From sequence record MK327943.1: a stretch of DNA of 64,000 nucleotides; one strand, given 5' to 3'. This DNA comes from Escherichia phage vB_EcoM_G53. This document shows positions 1-9,304 of the stretch, piece by piece (position 1 is the stretch's first letter; each line of letters starts with the position of its first letter). The notes below the pieces were generated by a model that was given only the letters and a program-made list of their open reading frames with translations, had not been told where the DNA came from and made no database searches. Position numbers and translations under genes: made by a program.

Positions 1-1
1 C

Positions 2-25
2 GACCAAGAACAAGAGGATTTTTAA
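2..25 (+). CDS. 20: Portal vertex protein gp20, C-terminal end (partial; continues upstream of window)
   Basis: Frame ending ...DQEQEDF* with stop overlapping the gene 67 ATG (TAATG); T4 gene order 20-67-68-21. Confidence 0.35.
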   Translation, partial: DQEQEDF

Positions 26-261
26 TGGACGATTTAATTCAAGCTATTAAATCAAACGACCTCGTTGCTACTCGAAAGTTTTTTGAAAGTGCAATGGCAG
101 AAAAAACGGTTCGTTTGATTGAAGCACGCAAAGCAGAAATCGCTTCTCAATTTTTAATTGAAGGCGAAGAACCTGAAGAAGAAAAGAAAGCTAAAGCTTC
201 GGAAGACGACGCTGATGAAGGCGATGACGACGAAGACGAAGATGATGAGGACGATGAATAA
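25..261 (+). CDS. 67: Prohead core protein gp67
   Basis: 78-aa ORF, acidic D/E-rich C-terminus, GAGGA RBS; size and position match T4 gp67. Confidence 0.85.
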   Translation: MDDLIQAIKSNDLVATRKFFESAMAEKTVRLIEARKAEIASQFLIEGEEPEEEKKAKASEDDADEGDDDEDEDDEDDE

Positions 262-686
262 TGTATCTTATCCCTGAATCTTATGAATTGGTACTCGAAA
301 ATGTCGAAGCACTTATTCCTGAAGCACAGGGCCGAATCGATGCATTGTCTTCTGCTCTCGATATTGACGATATAAATACTATTATCGAGAACATGCTTGA
401 AACTGAAACGGATTTAGCTGTTGCAATGGCTTCCATTATTAATGAAGAACAGTTAAATGAGTTTATCGTTAAACATGTTTCTTCTCGTGGTGAAGTCACC
501 CGCACTAAAGACCGTAAAACTCGTGAACGTAACGCGTTCCAAACCACTGGTCTTTCTAAAGCAAAACGTAGACAAATCGCTCGTAAGGTCGTTAAAGCTA
601 AAAAAGCTAACCCTTCAGGCCAAGTTAAAGGCTTGCGTAAGCGTAAAAAGGCTCTTAAACGTCGTAAAGCATTAGGATTAAGCTAA
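261..686 (+). CDS. 68: Prohead core protein gp68
   Basis: 141 aa, basic C-terminus; position between 67 and 21; matches T4 gp68 length. Confidence 0.85.
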   Translation: MYLIPESYELVLENVEALIPEAQGRIDALSSALDIDDINTIIENMLETETDLAVAMASIINEEQLNEFIVKHVSSRGEVTRTKDRKTRERNAFQTTGLSKAKRRQIARKVVKAKKANPSGQVKGLRKRKKALKRRKALGLS

Positions 687-1327
687 TGAATAAACCCGAG
701 TTACTTATTGAAACTTGGGGTCAACCCGGTGAGATTATTGATGGCGTTCCAATGTTGGAATCTCATGATGGAAAAGATTCTGGCTTAAAACCAGGGCTTT
801 ATATAGAAGGTATTTTTCTTCAGGCAGAGGTTGTTAACCGAAATAAACGTTTATATCCTAAACGCGTTTTGGAAAAAGCAGTAAGTGACTATATTAAAGA
901 ACAAGTCGCAACCAAACAAGCCCTTGGAGAATTAAACCATCCACCTCGTGCAAATGTTGACCCTATGCAAGCCGCTATCATTATTGAAGATATGTGGTGG
1001 AAAGGAAACGATGTATATGGACGTGCTAGAATTATTGAAGGCGACCATGGTCCCGGCGATAAATTAGCTGCTAATATACGAGCTGGTTGGATTCCAGGTG
1101 TTTCCTCTCGTGGTCTTGGTTCTTTAACCGACACCAATAAAGGGTACCGTATCGTGAACGAAGGATTTAAATTAACCGTCGGCGTAGATGCCGTATGGGG
1201 ACCTTCTGCTCCAGATGCTTGGGTTACTCCTAAACAAATATCAGAATCAGAAAATTCGGTGGAAACCACCAAAAACAGTGCTGATGAAGCATTTAAAGCT
1301 CTCGCAGAGAGTTTAAAAACATTATAA
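686..1327 (+). CDS. 21: Prohead core scaffold protein and protease gp21
   Basis: 213 aa; recalled T4 gp21 sequence (LLIETWGQPGEIIDGVPMLESHDGKD...) closely matches. Confidence 0.95.
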   Translation: MNKPELLIETWGQPGEIIDGVPMLESHDGKDSGLKPGLYIEGIFLQAEVVNRNKRLYPKRVLEKAVSDYIKEQVATKQALGELNHPPRANVDPMQAAIIIEDMWWKGNDVYGRARIIEGDHGPGDKLAANIRAGWIPGVSSRGLGSLTDTNKGYRIVNEGFKLTVGVDAVWGPSAPDAWVTPKQISESENSVETTKNSADEAFKALAESLKTL

Positions 1328-1330
1328 ATA
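1323..1330 (+). promoter_or_regulatory. T4-type late promoter TATAAATA (gene 22)
   Basis: Exact TATAAATA 30 nt upstream of gene 22 ATG. Confidence 0.6.
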
Positions 1331-1360
1331 ATAATGTAATCTAAACCACAGGACACTAAA

Positions 1361-2173
1361 ATGATCAAAGAACAACTTTTGAAAGAAGCTCAGAACATCG
1401 AGACTTCAGTTGCTCTTAATAGTGTTTTCGAATCAGTAGAACTGTCTCCGGACGTTAAAGCTAATTTCAGCACTGTATTCGAAGCCACCGTTAAGCAGGA
1501 AGCAGTCAAACTGGCTGAATCTCATATCAAAGCCATCGCCGAAAAAGCCGAAGAAGAAGTTGAAAAGGCTAAAGAAGATGCTGAAGAGAAAGCTGATAAA
1601 AAATTGGCTGAACAAGCTTCTAAATTCCTAGACCATCTTGCAAAAGAATGGCTCGCAGAAAACCAAATCGCAGTTGATAAAGGCATTAAAGCTGATTTGT
1701 TCGAATCCATGCTTGGTGGTCTGAAAGAACTGTTTGTTGAACATAACGTTGTTGTTCCAGAAGAATCTGTAGATGTTGTAGCAGAAATGGAAGAAGAGCT
1801 GGCCGAACATAAAGAAGAAACCGCTCGTTTGTTCGAAGAAGTTACCAAACGTGATGCATATATCAATTACGTTCAGCGTGAAACCGCTATTAATGAAAGC
1901 GTAAAAGACCTGACTGAATCTCAGAAAGAAAAAGTTATTGGCCTGGTTGAAGGTATGGATTATTCTGACGCATTTGGTACTAAGTTAACTGCTATTGTAG
2001 AAATGGTTAAAGGTTCTACTAAAGAAGAAGCCGCTATTACCGAAAGTATAAATACAGTTGACAATGACGCTGCCGGTCTTAATTTTGTTGCCGAAGCAGT
2101 TGACACTACCACAACTCAGGTAGAACAGAATTCTAATGTAAGTTTATATGCGAAAGTCGCATCTCGTTTCTAA
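1361..2173 (+). CDS. 22: Prohead core scaffold protein gp22
   Basis: 270 aa, acidic/helical, preceded by TATAAATA late promoter; T4 gp22 is ~269 aa. Confidence 0.9.
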   Translation: MIKEQLLKEAQNIETSVALNSVFESVELSPDVKANFSTVFEATVKQEAVKLAESHIKAIAEKAEEEVEKAKEDAEEKADKKLAEQASKFLDHLAKEWLAENQIAVDKGIKADLFESMLGGLKELFVEHNVVVPEESVDVVAEMEEELAEHKEETARLFEEVTKRDAYINYVQRETAINESVKDLTESQKEKVIGLVEGMDYSDAFGTKLTAIVEMVKGSTKEEAAITESINTVDNDAAGLNFVAEAVDTTTTQVEQNSNVSLYAKVASRF

Positions 2174-2190
2174 TTTAAAGGTTAACACAA

Positions 2191-3759
2191 ATGACTACTA
2201 TCAAAACTAAAGCTCAGCTCGTAGACAAATGGAAAGAACTGCTGGAAGGTGAAGGCCTGCCGGAAATCGCTAATAGCAAGCAGGCTATTATCGCTAAAAT
2301 CTTCGAAAACCAGGAAAAAGATTTCGAAGTATCCCCTGAATATAAAGACGAGAAAATCGCTCAGGCATTTGGTTCTTTCTTGACCGAAGCTGAAATTGGT
2401 GGTGACCATGGTTATAATGCTCAGAACATCGCAGCAGGTCAAACCTCTGGTGCAGTAACCCAAATTGGGCCGGCAGTTATGGGTATGGTTCGTCGTGCTA
2501 TTCCTAATCTGATCGCCTTTGATATTTGTGGTGTTCAGCCTATGAACAGCCCGACCGGTCAGGTATTTGCTCTCCGTGCAGTATATGGTAAAGACCCTAT
2601 CGCTGCTGGCGCTAAAGAAGCTTTCCATCCGATGTATGCCCCAGACGCGATGTTCTCTGGTCAGGGTGCTGCTAAGAAATTCCCAGCTCTGGCTGCTGAC
2701 ACTACTACTGTTGTAGGTGATATCTATACTCACTTCTTCCAAGAAACTGGTACTGTATATCTGCAAGCTTCTGCTATCGTAACACTTGATTCTGGTGCAA
2801 CTGATGCAGCTAAATTAGATGCAGAAGTTAAGAAACAAATGGAAGCTGGTGCACTGGTAGAAATCGCTGAAGGTATGGCTACTTCTATCGCTGAACTCCA
2901 GGAAGGTTTCAACGGTTCTACCGATAACCCATGGAATGAAATGGGCTTCCGTATCGACAAACAAGTTATTGAAGCTAAATCTCGTCAGCTGAAAGCAGCT
3001 TACTCCATAGAATTGGCACAAGACCTCCGTGCAGTACACGGTATGGATGCTGATGCTGAACTGAGCGGTATTCTGGCTACAGAAATTATGCTAGAAATCA
3101 ACCGTGAAGTTGTTGATTGGATTAACTACTCTGCACAGGTTGGTAAATCTGGTATGACCCTGACTCCGGGTTCTAAAGCTGGTGTATTTGACTTCCAGGA
3201 CCCGATTGATATCCGTGGTGCTCGTTGGGCCGGTGAAAGCTTTAAATCTCTGTTGTTCCAGATTGATAAAGAAGCAGTTGAAATTGCTCGTCAAACCGGT
3301 CGTGGTGAAGGTAACTTCATTATCGCTTCCCGTAACGTAGTTAACGTACTGGCTTCAGTTGATACTGGTATTTCTTACGCTGCACAGGGTCTGGCTTCTG
3401 GTTTTAATACCGACACTACTAAGTCTGTATTTGCCGGTGTACTTGGTGGTAAATACCGCGTATACATCGACCAGTATGCTAAACAGGATTACTTCACCGT
3501 TGGTTACAAAGGCGCTAACGAAATGGATGCAGGTATTTACTATGCTCCTTACGTTGCACTTACCCCACTGCGTGGTTCCGATCCTAAGAACTTCCAGCCG
3601 GTAATGGGCTTTAAAACTCGTTATGGTATCGGTGTTAACCCGTTTGCTGAAAGTTCCCTGCAGGCTCCAGGTGCTCGCATCCAGTCCGGTATGCCGTCTA
3701 TCCTGAACAGCCTTGGTAAGAATGCTTACTTCCGCCGTGTATATGTAAAAGGCATCTAA
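2191..3759 (+). CDS. 23: Major capsid protein gp23
   Basis: 522 aa, near-identical to recalled T4 gp23 (521 aa) over its whole length. Confidence 0.98.
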   Translation: MTTIKTKAQLVDKWKELLEGEGLPEIANSKQAIIAKIFENQEKDFEVSPEYKDEKIAQAFGSFLTEAEIGGDHGYNAQNIAAGQTSGAVTQIGPAVMGMVRRAIPNLIAFDICGVQPMNSPTGQVFALRAVYGKDPIAAGAKEAFHPMYAPDAMFSGQGAAKKFPALAADTTTVVGDIYTHFFQETGTVYLQASAIVTLDSGATDAAKLDAEVKKQMEAGALVEIAEGMATSIAELQEGFNGSTDNPWNEMGFRIDKQVIEAKSRQLKAAYSIELAQDLRAVHGMDADAELSGILATEIMLEINREVVDWINYSAQVGKSGMTLTPGSKAGVFDFQDPIDIRGARWAGESFKSLLFQIDKEAVEIARQTGRGEGNFIIASRNVVNVLASVDTGISYAAQGLASGFNTDTTKSVFAGVLGGKYRVYIDQYAKQDYFTVGYKGANEMDAGIYYAPYVALTPLRGSDPKNFQPVMGFKTRYGIGVNPFAESSLQAPGARIQSGMPSILNSLGKNAYFRRVYVKGI

Positions 3760-3783
3760 TCTTAATTGATTAAATCTTATTTT

Positions 3784-3801
3784 GGGAGACTTCGGTCTCC
3801 C
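3784..3801. terminator. Bidirectional intrinsic terminator hairpin GGGAGAC-UUCG-GUCUCCC
   Basis: Perfect 7-bp GC-rich stem with tetraloop, T-runs on both sides, between convergent genes. Confidence 0.65.
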
Positions 3802-3811
3802 ATTTTTGGTT

Positions 3812-4081
3812 TTATTTCTGTGCAATTTCGATGTAAGTTTTCAAAATATTTTGCCAATTAGGCATACCTTCTTGGACATATGCCGGAGAACCGTCTTTGT
3901 TTTTGAATGATGCAAGTTTATCAGTGGCCCAATAACCTTTAGCTCGAGCTTCAGAATCAACTTTCATCCATACTTTGTTGAAGGCATTACCATTAACTTT
4001 TGCACCATATTTTTCTACTAACTTAACTGCTTCAGCTTCCAGAACTTTTAAAGTATCTCGTAAGAAACGTGCTTTAGTCAT
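3812..4081 (-). CDS. Hypothetical 89-aa protein on opposite strand between genes 23 and 24 (position of segD in T4; not a GIY-YIG protein)
   Basis: Clean ORF with GAGGAG RBS and its own upstream early-type promoter; no recognisable domain. Confidence 0.6.
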   Translation of the reverse strand: MTKARFLRDTLKVLEAEAVKLVEKYGAKVNGNAFNKVWMKVDSEARAKGYWATDKLASFKNKDGSPAYVQEGMPNWQNILKTYIEIAQK

Positions 4082-4110
4082 TTTGTTTACTCCTCTGTAG
4101 TTGATAAGTC

Positions 4111-4141
4111 TATAGTATCACATACCAAATACGTTGTAAAC
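4111..4141 (-). promoter_or_regulatory. Early (sigma70-type) promoter, minus strand, for ORF 3812-4081
   Basis: GTTTAC -35 and TACTAT -10-like element with ~17-nt spacing. Confidence 0.45.
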
Positions 4142-4147
4142 AATCTT

Positions 4148-4155
4148 TATAAATA
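4148..4155 (+). promoter_or_regulatory. T4-type late promoter TATAAATA (gene 24)
   Basis: Exact motif upstream of gene 24. Confidence 0.6.
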
Positions 4156-4182
4156 ATCTATATCACATAAGGAAAAAATGCA

Positions 4183-5466
4183 ATGAGTAAAATCCAAAAA
4201 TTATTGCGTGAATCTACAACGTCTACTAGCAACTCAATTGGTCGCCCAAATCTCGTTGCTTTGACTCGCGCTACGACTAAATTAATATATTCTGACATTG
4301 TAGCAACACAAAGAACTAATCAACCTGTTGCTGCTTTTTATGGTATCAAATATCTTAACCCGGATAATGAATTCACATTTAAAACCGGTGCTACTTATGC
4401 TGGCGAAGTTGGATATGTAGACCGAGAAAAAATTACTGAACTCACAGAAGAATCAAAAGTCACACTAAATAAAGGTGATTTTTTCAAATATAATAATATC
4501 GTCTATAAAGTGTTAGAAGATACACCATTTGCAGATATTCAAGAAAGTGATCTAGAATTAGCTCTTCAGATTGCAGTCGTTCATTTAAAGGTACGGTTAT
4601 TTTCAGATGCAGCGGTAACAAGCAAATTTGAAAGCTCTGATAGCGAAATTTCTGATGCAAGATTCCAGATTAATAAATGGCAAACTTCAGTCAAATCTCG
4701 CAAACTTAAAACTGGTCTCACGGTTGAATTAGCGCAAGATTTGGAAGCGAATGGATTTGATGCCCCTAACTTCTTAGAAGATTTGCTTGCTACTGAAATG
4801 GCTGATGAAATTAATAAAGATATTCTTCAGTCTTTAATTACTGTATCGAAACGTTATAAAGTTACTGGAATTACTGACACCGGATTTATTGACTTGAGCT
4901 ATGCATCCGCTCCAGAAGCAGGTCGTTCATTATATCGAATGGTGTGTGAAATGGTATCACACATTCAAAAAGAGACAACTTATACTGCAACGTTTTGTGT
5001 AGCCTCAGCTCGTGCAGCTGCTATTCTTGCTGCTTCTGGTTGGTTAAAACATAAGCCAGAAGATGACAAGTATCTTTCACAAAATGCTTATGGATTCTTG
5101 GCAAATGGATTACCTCTTTACTGCGATACCAACAGTCCGTTAGATTATGTTATTGTGGGTGTTGTAGAAAATATCGGCGAAAAAGAAATTGTAGGGTCCA
5201 TCTTTTATGCTCCATACACTGAAGGAGTAGATTTAGATGACCCGGAACATGTCGGTGCATTTAAAGTTGTAGTTGATCCGGAAAGTTTGCAACCGTCTAT
5301 CGGATTATTGGTTAGATATGCTTTATCAGCAAATCCTTACACAGTAGCAAAAGACGAAAAAGAAGCGAGAATAATTGATGGCGGGGACATGGATAAAATG
5401 GCGGGACGTTCAGATTTGTCTGTTTTATTAGGTGTTAAGCTACCAAAAATTATTGTTGATGAATAA
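4183..5466 (+). CDS. 24: Capsid vertex protein gp24
   Basis: 427 aa, near-identical to recalled T4 gp24; TATAAATA late promoter upstream. Confidence 0.97.
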   Translation: MSKIQKLLRESTTSTSNSIGRPNLVALTRATTKLIYSDIVATQRTNQPVAAFYGIKYLNPDNEFTFKTGATYAGEVGYVDREKITELTEESKVTLNKGDFFKYNNIVYKVLEDTPFADIQESDLELALQIAVVHLKVRLFSDAAVTSKFESSDSEISDARFQINKWQTSVKSRKLKTGLTVELAQDLEANGFDAPNFLEDLLATEMADEINKDILQSLITVSKRYKVTGITDTGFIDLSYASAPEAGRSLYRMVCEMVSHIQKETTYTATFCVASARAAAILAASGWLKHKPEDDKYLSQNAYGFLANGLPLYCDTNSPLDYVIVGVVENIGEKEIVGSIFYAPYTEGVDLDDPEHVGAFKVVVDPESLQPSIGLLVRYALSANPYTVAKDEKEARIIDGGDMDKMAGRSDLSVLLGVKLPKIIVDE

Positions 5467-5472
5467 AACAAA

Positions 5473-5488
5473 GGGACCGTAAGGTCCC
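5473..5488. terminator. Bidirectional terminator hairpin GGGACC-GUAA-GGUCCC
   Basis: Between convergent gene 24 and rnlB. Confidence 0.65.
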
Positions 5489-5495
5489 TTTTTCG

Positions 5496-6494
5496 TTATG
5501 ATACTAATTCAATCCATGCAGGACGCAGAACATCTTGCACCATTCGGACTAATTCTTTCTTAACAAGATTCGGATTATCAGATGATGTTAATACAATACC
5601 TTCGCGAGAAGTTTCTTCCAGAATATCTTGAACAGTCAATCCCATCACTTTGCCAAAATCTTTTGGCGTTACAGCACCAATCTTAGAAATCACATTATTA
5701 ATACGATTTAATGTAACATAACAAGCTAGAACATCAAGCAAGTTTTTGTCAGTTTCGGTTAATGGAACCTGAGTTTTAATAGGCTTATCAGACTTTTTCT
5801 TTTCACTGAATTTAGAGTTCTTGCACTTAATAGCTACACGAGTACCGTTTGGCAACCATTTAGGGAAACAAGGCTTCAGAACATAACCTTCTGCCGTATT
5901 ATCGCCAATAACATTAGCATCAAATACGCAATTATTTGCTTCGACAAGGTCTTCCGATGCCGTGGCGTTATAAGCGGCTAAAACGGAATCAAGGTCATTT
6001 GGAATCATGATAAGAGAATCAAATGTTCCACGACCAAGCATTGGTGCCATTTTAAAACCGAATTCATTACAGAAATCTTGCATTTCGTAATCGGTCAAAT
6101 ACGTATTATCACCACTTTCTGTATTGATAAGGATATCGAACACATAAAAATCTTTTTCACCGTAGTCAACACCTTTCTGGATTCCACCACCAGCGAATTC
6201 ACCAAAGACCTGATATGATACAGCTCGAGAACTACCCATTACTTCTTGAACGTTTTTAATAGCCTTATCATACTTCTTGAGTACAATTTCATAACCATAA
6301 AAATCTTCTGCTGGAAGAATAGGGCCTGTGCGCTTGGCGCATGTGACGTTGTCACGTTCAATTATTAACGAGAAGTTAGTCCCATGGATTTTCTCACGTG
6401 CTACCCAAACACCAGTAGTCAAACCATTAGTGTAGAGTTTTTCAATAAACTTAGAGTTGTAGTGGTTTTCAAGACTGCTGTATTTCTTAAACAT
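5496..6494 (-). CDS. rnlB: RNA ligase 2 (Rnl2)
   Basis: 332 aa; strong match to recalled T4 Rnl2 ([21 protein letters not shown]..., KIHGTNFS ligase motif I). Confidence 0.95.
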   Translation of the reverse strand: MFKKYSSLENHYNSKFIEKLYTNGLTTGVWVAREKIHGTNFSLIIERDNVTCAKRTGPILPAEDFYGYEIVLKKYDKAIKNVQEVMGSSRAVSYQVFGEFAGGGIQKGVDYGEKDFYVFDILINTESGDNTYLTDYEMQDFCNEFGFKMAPMLGRGTFDSLIMIPNDLDSVLAAYNATASEDLVEANNCVFDANVIGDNTAEGYVLKPCFPKWLPNGTRVAIKCKNSKFSEKKKSDKPIKTQVPLTETDKNLLDVLACYVTLNRINNVISKIGAVTPKDFGKVMGLTVQDILEETSREGIVLTSSDNPNLVKKELVRMVQDVLRPAWIELVS

Positions 6495-6585
6495 AAATCA
6501 CCATTATAAATAATAATATCAAAATAATTAGCAGAGACTCTATCTCTGACCGGATGTTTAATTTGAATGGATAGAACCTAGATTC

Positions 6586-6612
6586 ATTATACCATCAAAA
6601 ATTGTAAAGCAT
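6586..6612 (-). promoter_or_regulatory. Middle (MotA-dependent) promoter for rnlB
   Basis: TGCTTTACA MotA box with TATAAT 13 nt downstream on minus strand. Confidence 0.45.
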
Positions 6613-6613
6613 A

Positions 6614-6865
6614 TTAGAACTTGATTTCTATCCAATGACCATCACGCTGGTCGTGATTAATTTTGTACTGAAAGCCATTATCACGAAGCCATTGACCGAC
6701 TTGTTCAGTTATAGTTAAATCGTTCTTTGACGGGTAGTACGTGAATTGTGTCTGGCCTTTATCAGCGGCTTTCTCTGCCATCACAGAGAAGTTAGTAATA
6801 AAATCACTCAACAAATTAGCTTTAGTGGCCAGTGCCCTTTCTCTTAATTCCTGTGCAAAACTCAT
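6614..6865 (-). CDS. Hypothetical protein (24.2-like by position)
   Basis: 83-aa ORF downstream of rnlB cluster, T4 synteny. Confidence 0.6.
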   Translation of the reverse strand: MSFAQELRERALATKANLLSDFITNFSVMAEKAADKGQTQFTYYPSKNDLTITEQVGQWLRDNGFQYKINHDQRDGHWIEIKF

Positions 6866-7062
6866 TTCTTCACCTTTTTGTTAATCAAACGTTTACGGTA
6901 TACAACTTTTTCTTTTGCTTTAAACTTTGACCGAGCTGTCTCGGCTTTAGTCCATAGTAATCCAACTTCTTTAGGTTGTAAACCAATTTTTTGAGCAATT
7001 TCTACGAATGAAAATCCCGCCTCATGTAATGTATAAACTTCAACTTCAGCTCTCATAATCAA
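6862..7062 (-). CDS. Hypothetical small basic protein (24.3-like by position)
   Basis: 66-aa ORF, 4-nt overlap with downstream ORF. Confidence 0.55.
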   Translation of the reverse strand: MIMRAEVEVYTLHEAGFSFVEIAQKIGLQPKEVGLLWTKAETARSKFKAKEKVVYRKRLINKKVKK

Positions 7063-7137
7063 TCCCGTATTATTTGGTTTGTGCCATTATATACATCAAT
7101 CTCAAGTTGTGTTTTGTATGCTTTAAAAACGAAGAAA

Positions 7138-7151
7138 GGGGCCGAAGCCCC
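7138..7151 (-). terminator. Terminator hairpin after hoc
   Basis: GGGGC-CGAA-GCCCC followed by T-rich tract on minus strand. Confidence 0.55.
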
Positions 7152-7157
7152 TTACGA

Positions 7158-8576
7158 TTATGGATATGTATAGATGATACCAGTTTCCAAAGCAGTTTTA
7201 TGGATGATGTATCCATTACGTGATTCTTGAACATCAACTTCCGGATAGTCTTTCATCATCTTCTGAAGAGTGTAACGATGCAGGTAGTATTTACTATCTG
7301 GATCTTCAGTTTTCCAATCTTTACCTTCTTCAGTCATTTTTTGGATTTCATCCATAACCCACCATCCGCACCAGATGTAAGCTGAAGTACGATGTGGAAG
7401 AGGATGAACATAAGGTAATTCACCTTCTGGTTCCGGAGCAACTTTATCAGTTACCTGAACTTGACCTTCTGCTGTAATAGTTTTGCTATCGTAATCAGTT
7501 GCAGTAATAGTTGCAGTAACTTCAATAGTTTGACTTCCAATAGATGAGGTATCAACGGTATATACATTAGTTGACCCTTCTACAGGAGAAGAATCTTTCT
7601 TCCATGAATACTCGATTTGCGCTTCTTCTGGAGCATCAGTGACATTAGCGGTAAATGTAGCCGAAGCATCTTGCTGAACGTTAATAGAAGGAGGAGTCAA
7701 TGTAACCCGTGGATTCATTGTCTTCTTATTAACCGTTAATGATACTTCATTCGAAGTAACTTCCTTTGCATCATAATCTGTCGCGGTTACTTGGGCTACA
7801 CATTTAATTCTTTTTACTCCACTTGTAGTCGGAGTATAGCTAAATGTAGAGTTAGTTTCTCCACCAACCTGTGAATCATCTACATACCACTGATACGTAG
7901 CAGACGCTCCAACCGGTTGAGAAGCTAAGGCAGCAGTAAATTGAACTGGGGTTCCAATTACTCCGGCTGAAGGACTATTGGGAGTTACTGCCAACGTAGT
8001 TGTCTGTGTCTTTTTATTAACAGTCAGTGACACTTCATTAGAAGTAACGCTTAGTGCGTCATAATCTGTTGCGGTTACTTGAGCCACACACTTAATTCTT
8101 TTTACCCCGCTTTCGGCAGGAGTGTAATTGAACGTAGCGTTAGTTGCTTCGCCAACAGGAGAATCGTCTACATACCATTGATAAGTAGCGTTTGCGCCTG
8201 ATGGCTGCGAAGCTAAAGCGGCGGTAAATTCAATAGCTGTTCCTATTACTCCAGCGTCAGGGCTATTAGGAGTTATAGCCAGAGTAGTTGTCTGAGTTTT
8301 ATTTTTAACTGTGATAGTTGCAGTAGCTTCTGCTGTTTCAGCTTCAGCGTCTGGAACTGTATTTGCTGCAACTACTTTAATAGTCTTTTGACCGGCAGGT
8401 CCTTTTAGTACATAACTAAAAGTTGCTTCAGCTCCATCTTGTGGAACATCATCCACAGTCCAAGCATATGTAATAGTTCCACCTTCAGCCTGACCACTAG
8501 GTGTGGCAGTAAACTGCTGGGTCTGTCCTATAACTCCAGTAGGTGTTTTAGGAGTTATATTAACTGTAAAAGCCAT
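7158..8576 (-). CDS. hoc: Hoc, highly immunogenic outer capsid protein with four Ig-like domains
   Basis: 472 aa, Ig-like repeats with YQWYVDD motifs, position hoc-inh; T4 Hoc is 376 aa; contains 96-aa internal tandem repeat. Confidence 0.85.
   Translation of the reverse strand: MAFTVNITPKTPTGVIGQTQQFTATPSGQAEGGTITYAWTVDDVPQDGAEATFSYVLKGPAGQKTIKVVAANTVPDAEAETAEATATITVKNKTQTTTLAITPNSPDAGVIGTAIEFTAALASQPSGANATYQWYVDDSPVGEATNATFNYTPAESGVKRIKCVAQVTATDYDALSVTSNEVSLTVNKKTQTTTLAVTPNSPSAGVIGTPVQFTAALASQPVGASATYQWYVDDSQVGGETNSTFSYTPTTSGVKRIKCVAQVTATDYDAKEVTSNEVSLTVNKKTMNPRVTLTPPSINVQQDASATFTANVTDAPEEAQIEYSWKKDSSPVEGSTNVYTVDTSSIGSQTIEVTATITATDYDSKTITAEGQVQVTDKVAPEPEGELPYVHPLPHRTSAYIWCGWWVMDEIQKMTEEGKDWKTEDPDSKYYLHRYTLQKMMKDYPEVDVQESRNGYIIHKTALETGIIYTYP
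7725..8300. repeat. Tandem ~288-bp repeat (2 copies) encoding duplicated Ig-like domain within hoc
   Basis: Protein residues 93-188 and 189-284 are ~85-90% identical (KTQTTTLA.TPNSP...SLTVNKKT). Confidence 0.85.
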
Positions 8577-8585
8577 AAGCTATCC

Positions 8586-9254
8586 TTATTTTAATGTTAT
8601 GAAAGAAGAATTACGAGTTTCACGAATTAGAACTGATCCATCGCGATTAATATAATAAATTAAGCTAAATAATGTTTGGTGAGCAGAAGCATGTACAAAA
8701 CTAGTTGGGCGAGATTTCCAATCTGGGGTTTCGGCTATCCATTGATAAATCCACCAAGGAACAGTAACATATCCTGGGGCTTTGCCTAATTTAATTAGTG
8801 TAGGACTAAAATTTTCAGGCAGAACAAATTTTACTTCTTTATTTACCTCTGGTTCAGGCTCTTTTTCAGATTCAACAACCTGAGTAATTGCTTCTTCGAA
8901 TTTATCATGGCTGAATTCTTTTTCTTGTTCGACAACTTCTAATACTTCAACTTGTTCTGTTGGAGAATCAAACAACAGAATAGCTTCTTCTTTAACTTCT
9001 TCGTTGGTGAAATTAACACCGTCCACATCATCTGCGGCAGTAATTAAATCAGTGATAGATAATCCATCAGTTTCAGGTAATGGTTCATCAGCCAGTGCGT
9101 TAAGAGCTTCTTCGATATCAACAACAATATTATCGAATGATTTTGTTTTCTTAACACTAATGCCAAATTGTTTCGCATATTCGAACAGTTTAGCTTTGGC
9201 TTCCTTTTTATCGGAAAGAGCACGTAACTCTTCAATATAGTCTTTATCGATCAT
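8586..9254 (-). CDS. inh: Inh, inhibitor of prohead protease
   Basis: 222 aa, position between hoc and uvsW, size matches T4 Inh. Confidence 0.75.
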   Translation of the reverse strand: MIDKDYIEELRALSDKKEAKAKLFEYAKQFGISVKKTKSFDNIVVDIEEALNALADEPLPETDGLSITDLITAADDVDGVNFTNEEVKEEAILLFDSPTEQVEVLEVVEQEKEFSHDKFEEAITQVVESEKEPEPEVNKEVKFVLPENFSPTLIKLGKAPGYVTVPWWIYQWIAETPDWKSRPTSFVHASAHQTLFSLIYYINRDGSVLIRETRNSSFITLK

Positions 9255-9267
9255 AGTATTTCCTCAT

Positions 9268-9275
9268 TATAAATA
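9268..9275 (+). promoter_or_regulatory. T4-type late promoter TATAAATA (uvsW)
   Basis: Exact motif 30 nt upstream of uvsW start. Confidence 0.55.
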
Positions 9276-9304
9276 TAACTATATTTATTACATGGTAATT
9301 TGAC

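Noticed and set aside
281-1368. Antisense ORFs inside genes 68 and 21 (281-547, 889-1368 minus)
   Set aside because: Shadow ORFs within strongly supported conserved structural genes.
2182-3825. Antisense ORFs inside major capsid gene 23
   Set aside because: Shadow ORFs; gene 23 identity is unambiguous.
6517-6524. Plus-strand TATAAATA late-promoter motif between minus-strand genes rnlB and 24.2
   Set aside because: No plus-strand gene downstream; likely a chance occurrence in AT-rich intergenic DNA (an antisense transcript cannot be excluded).
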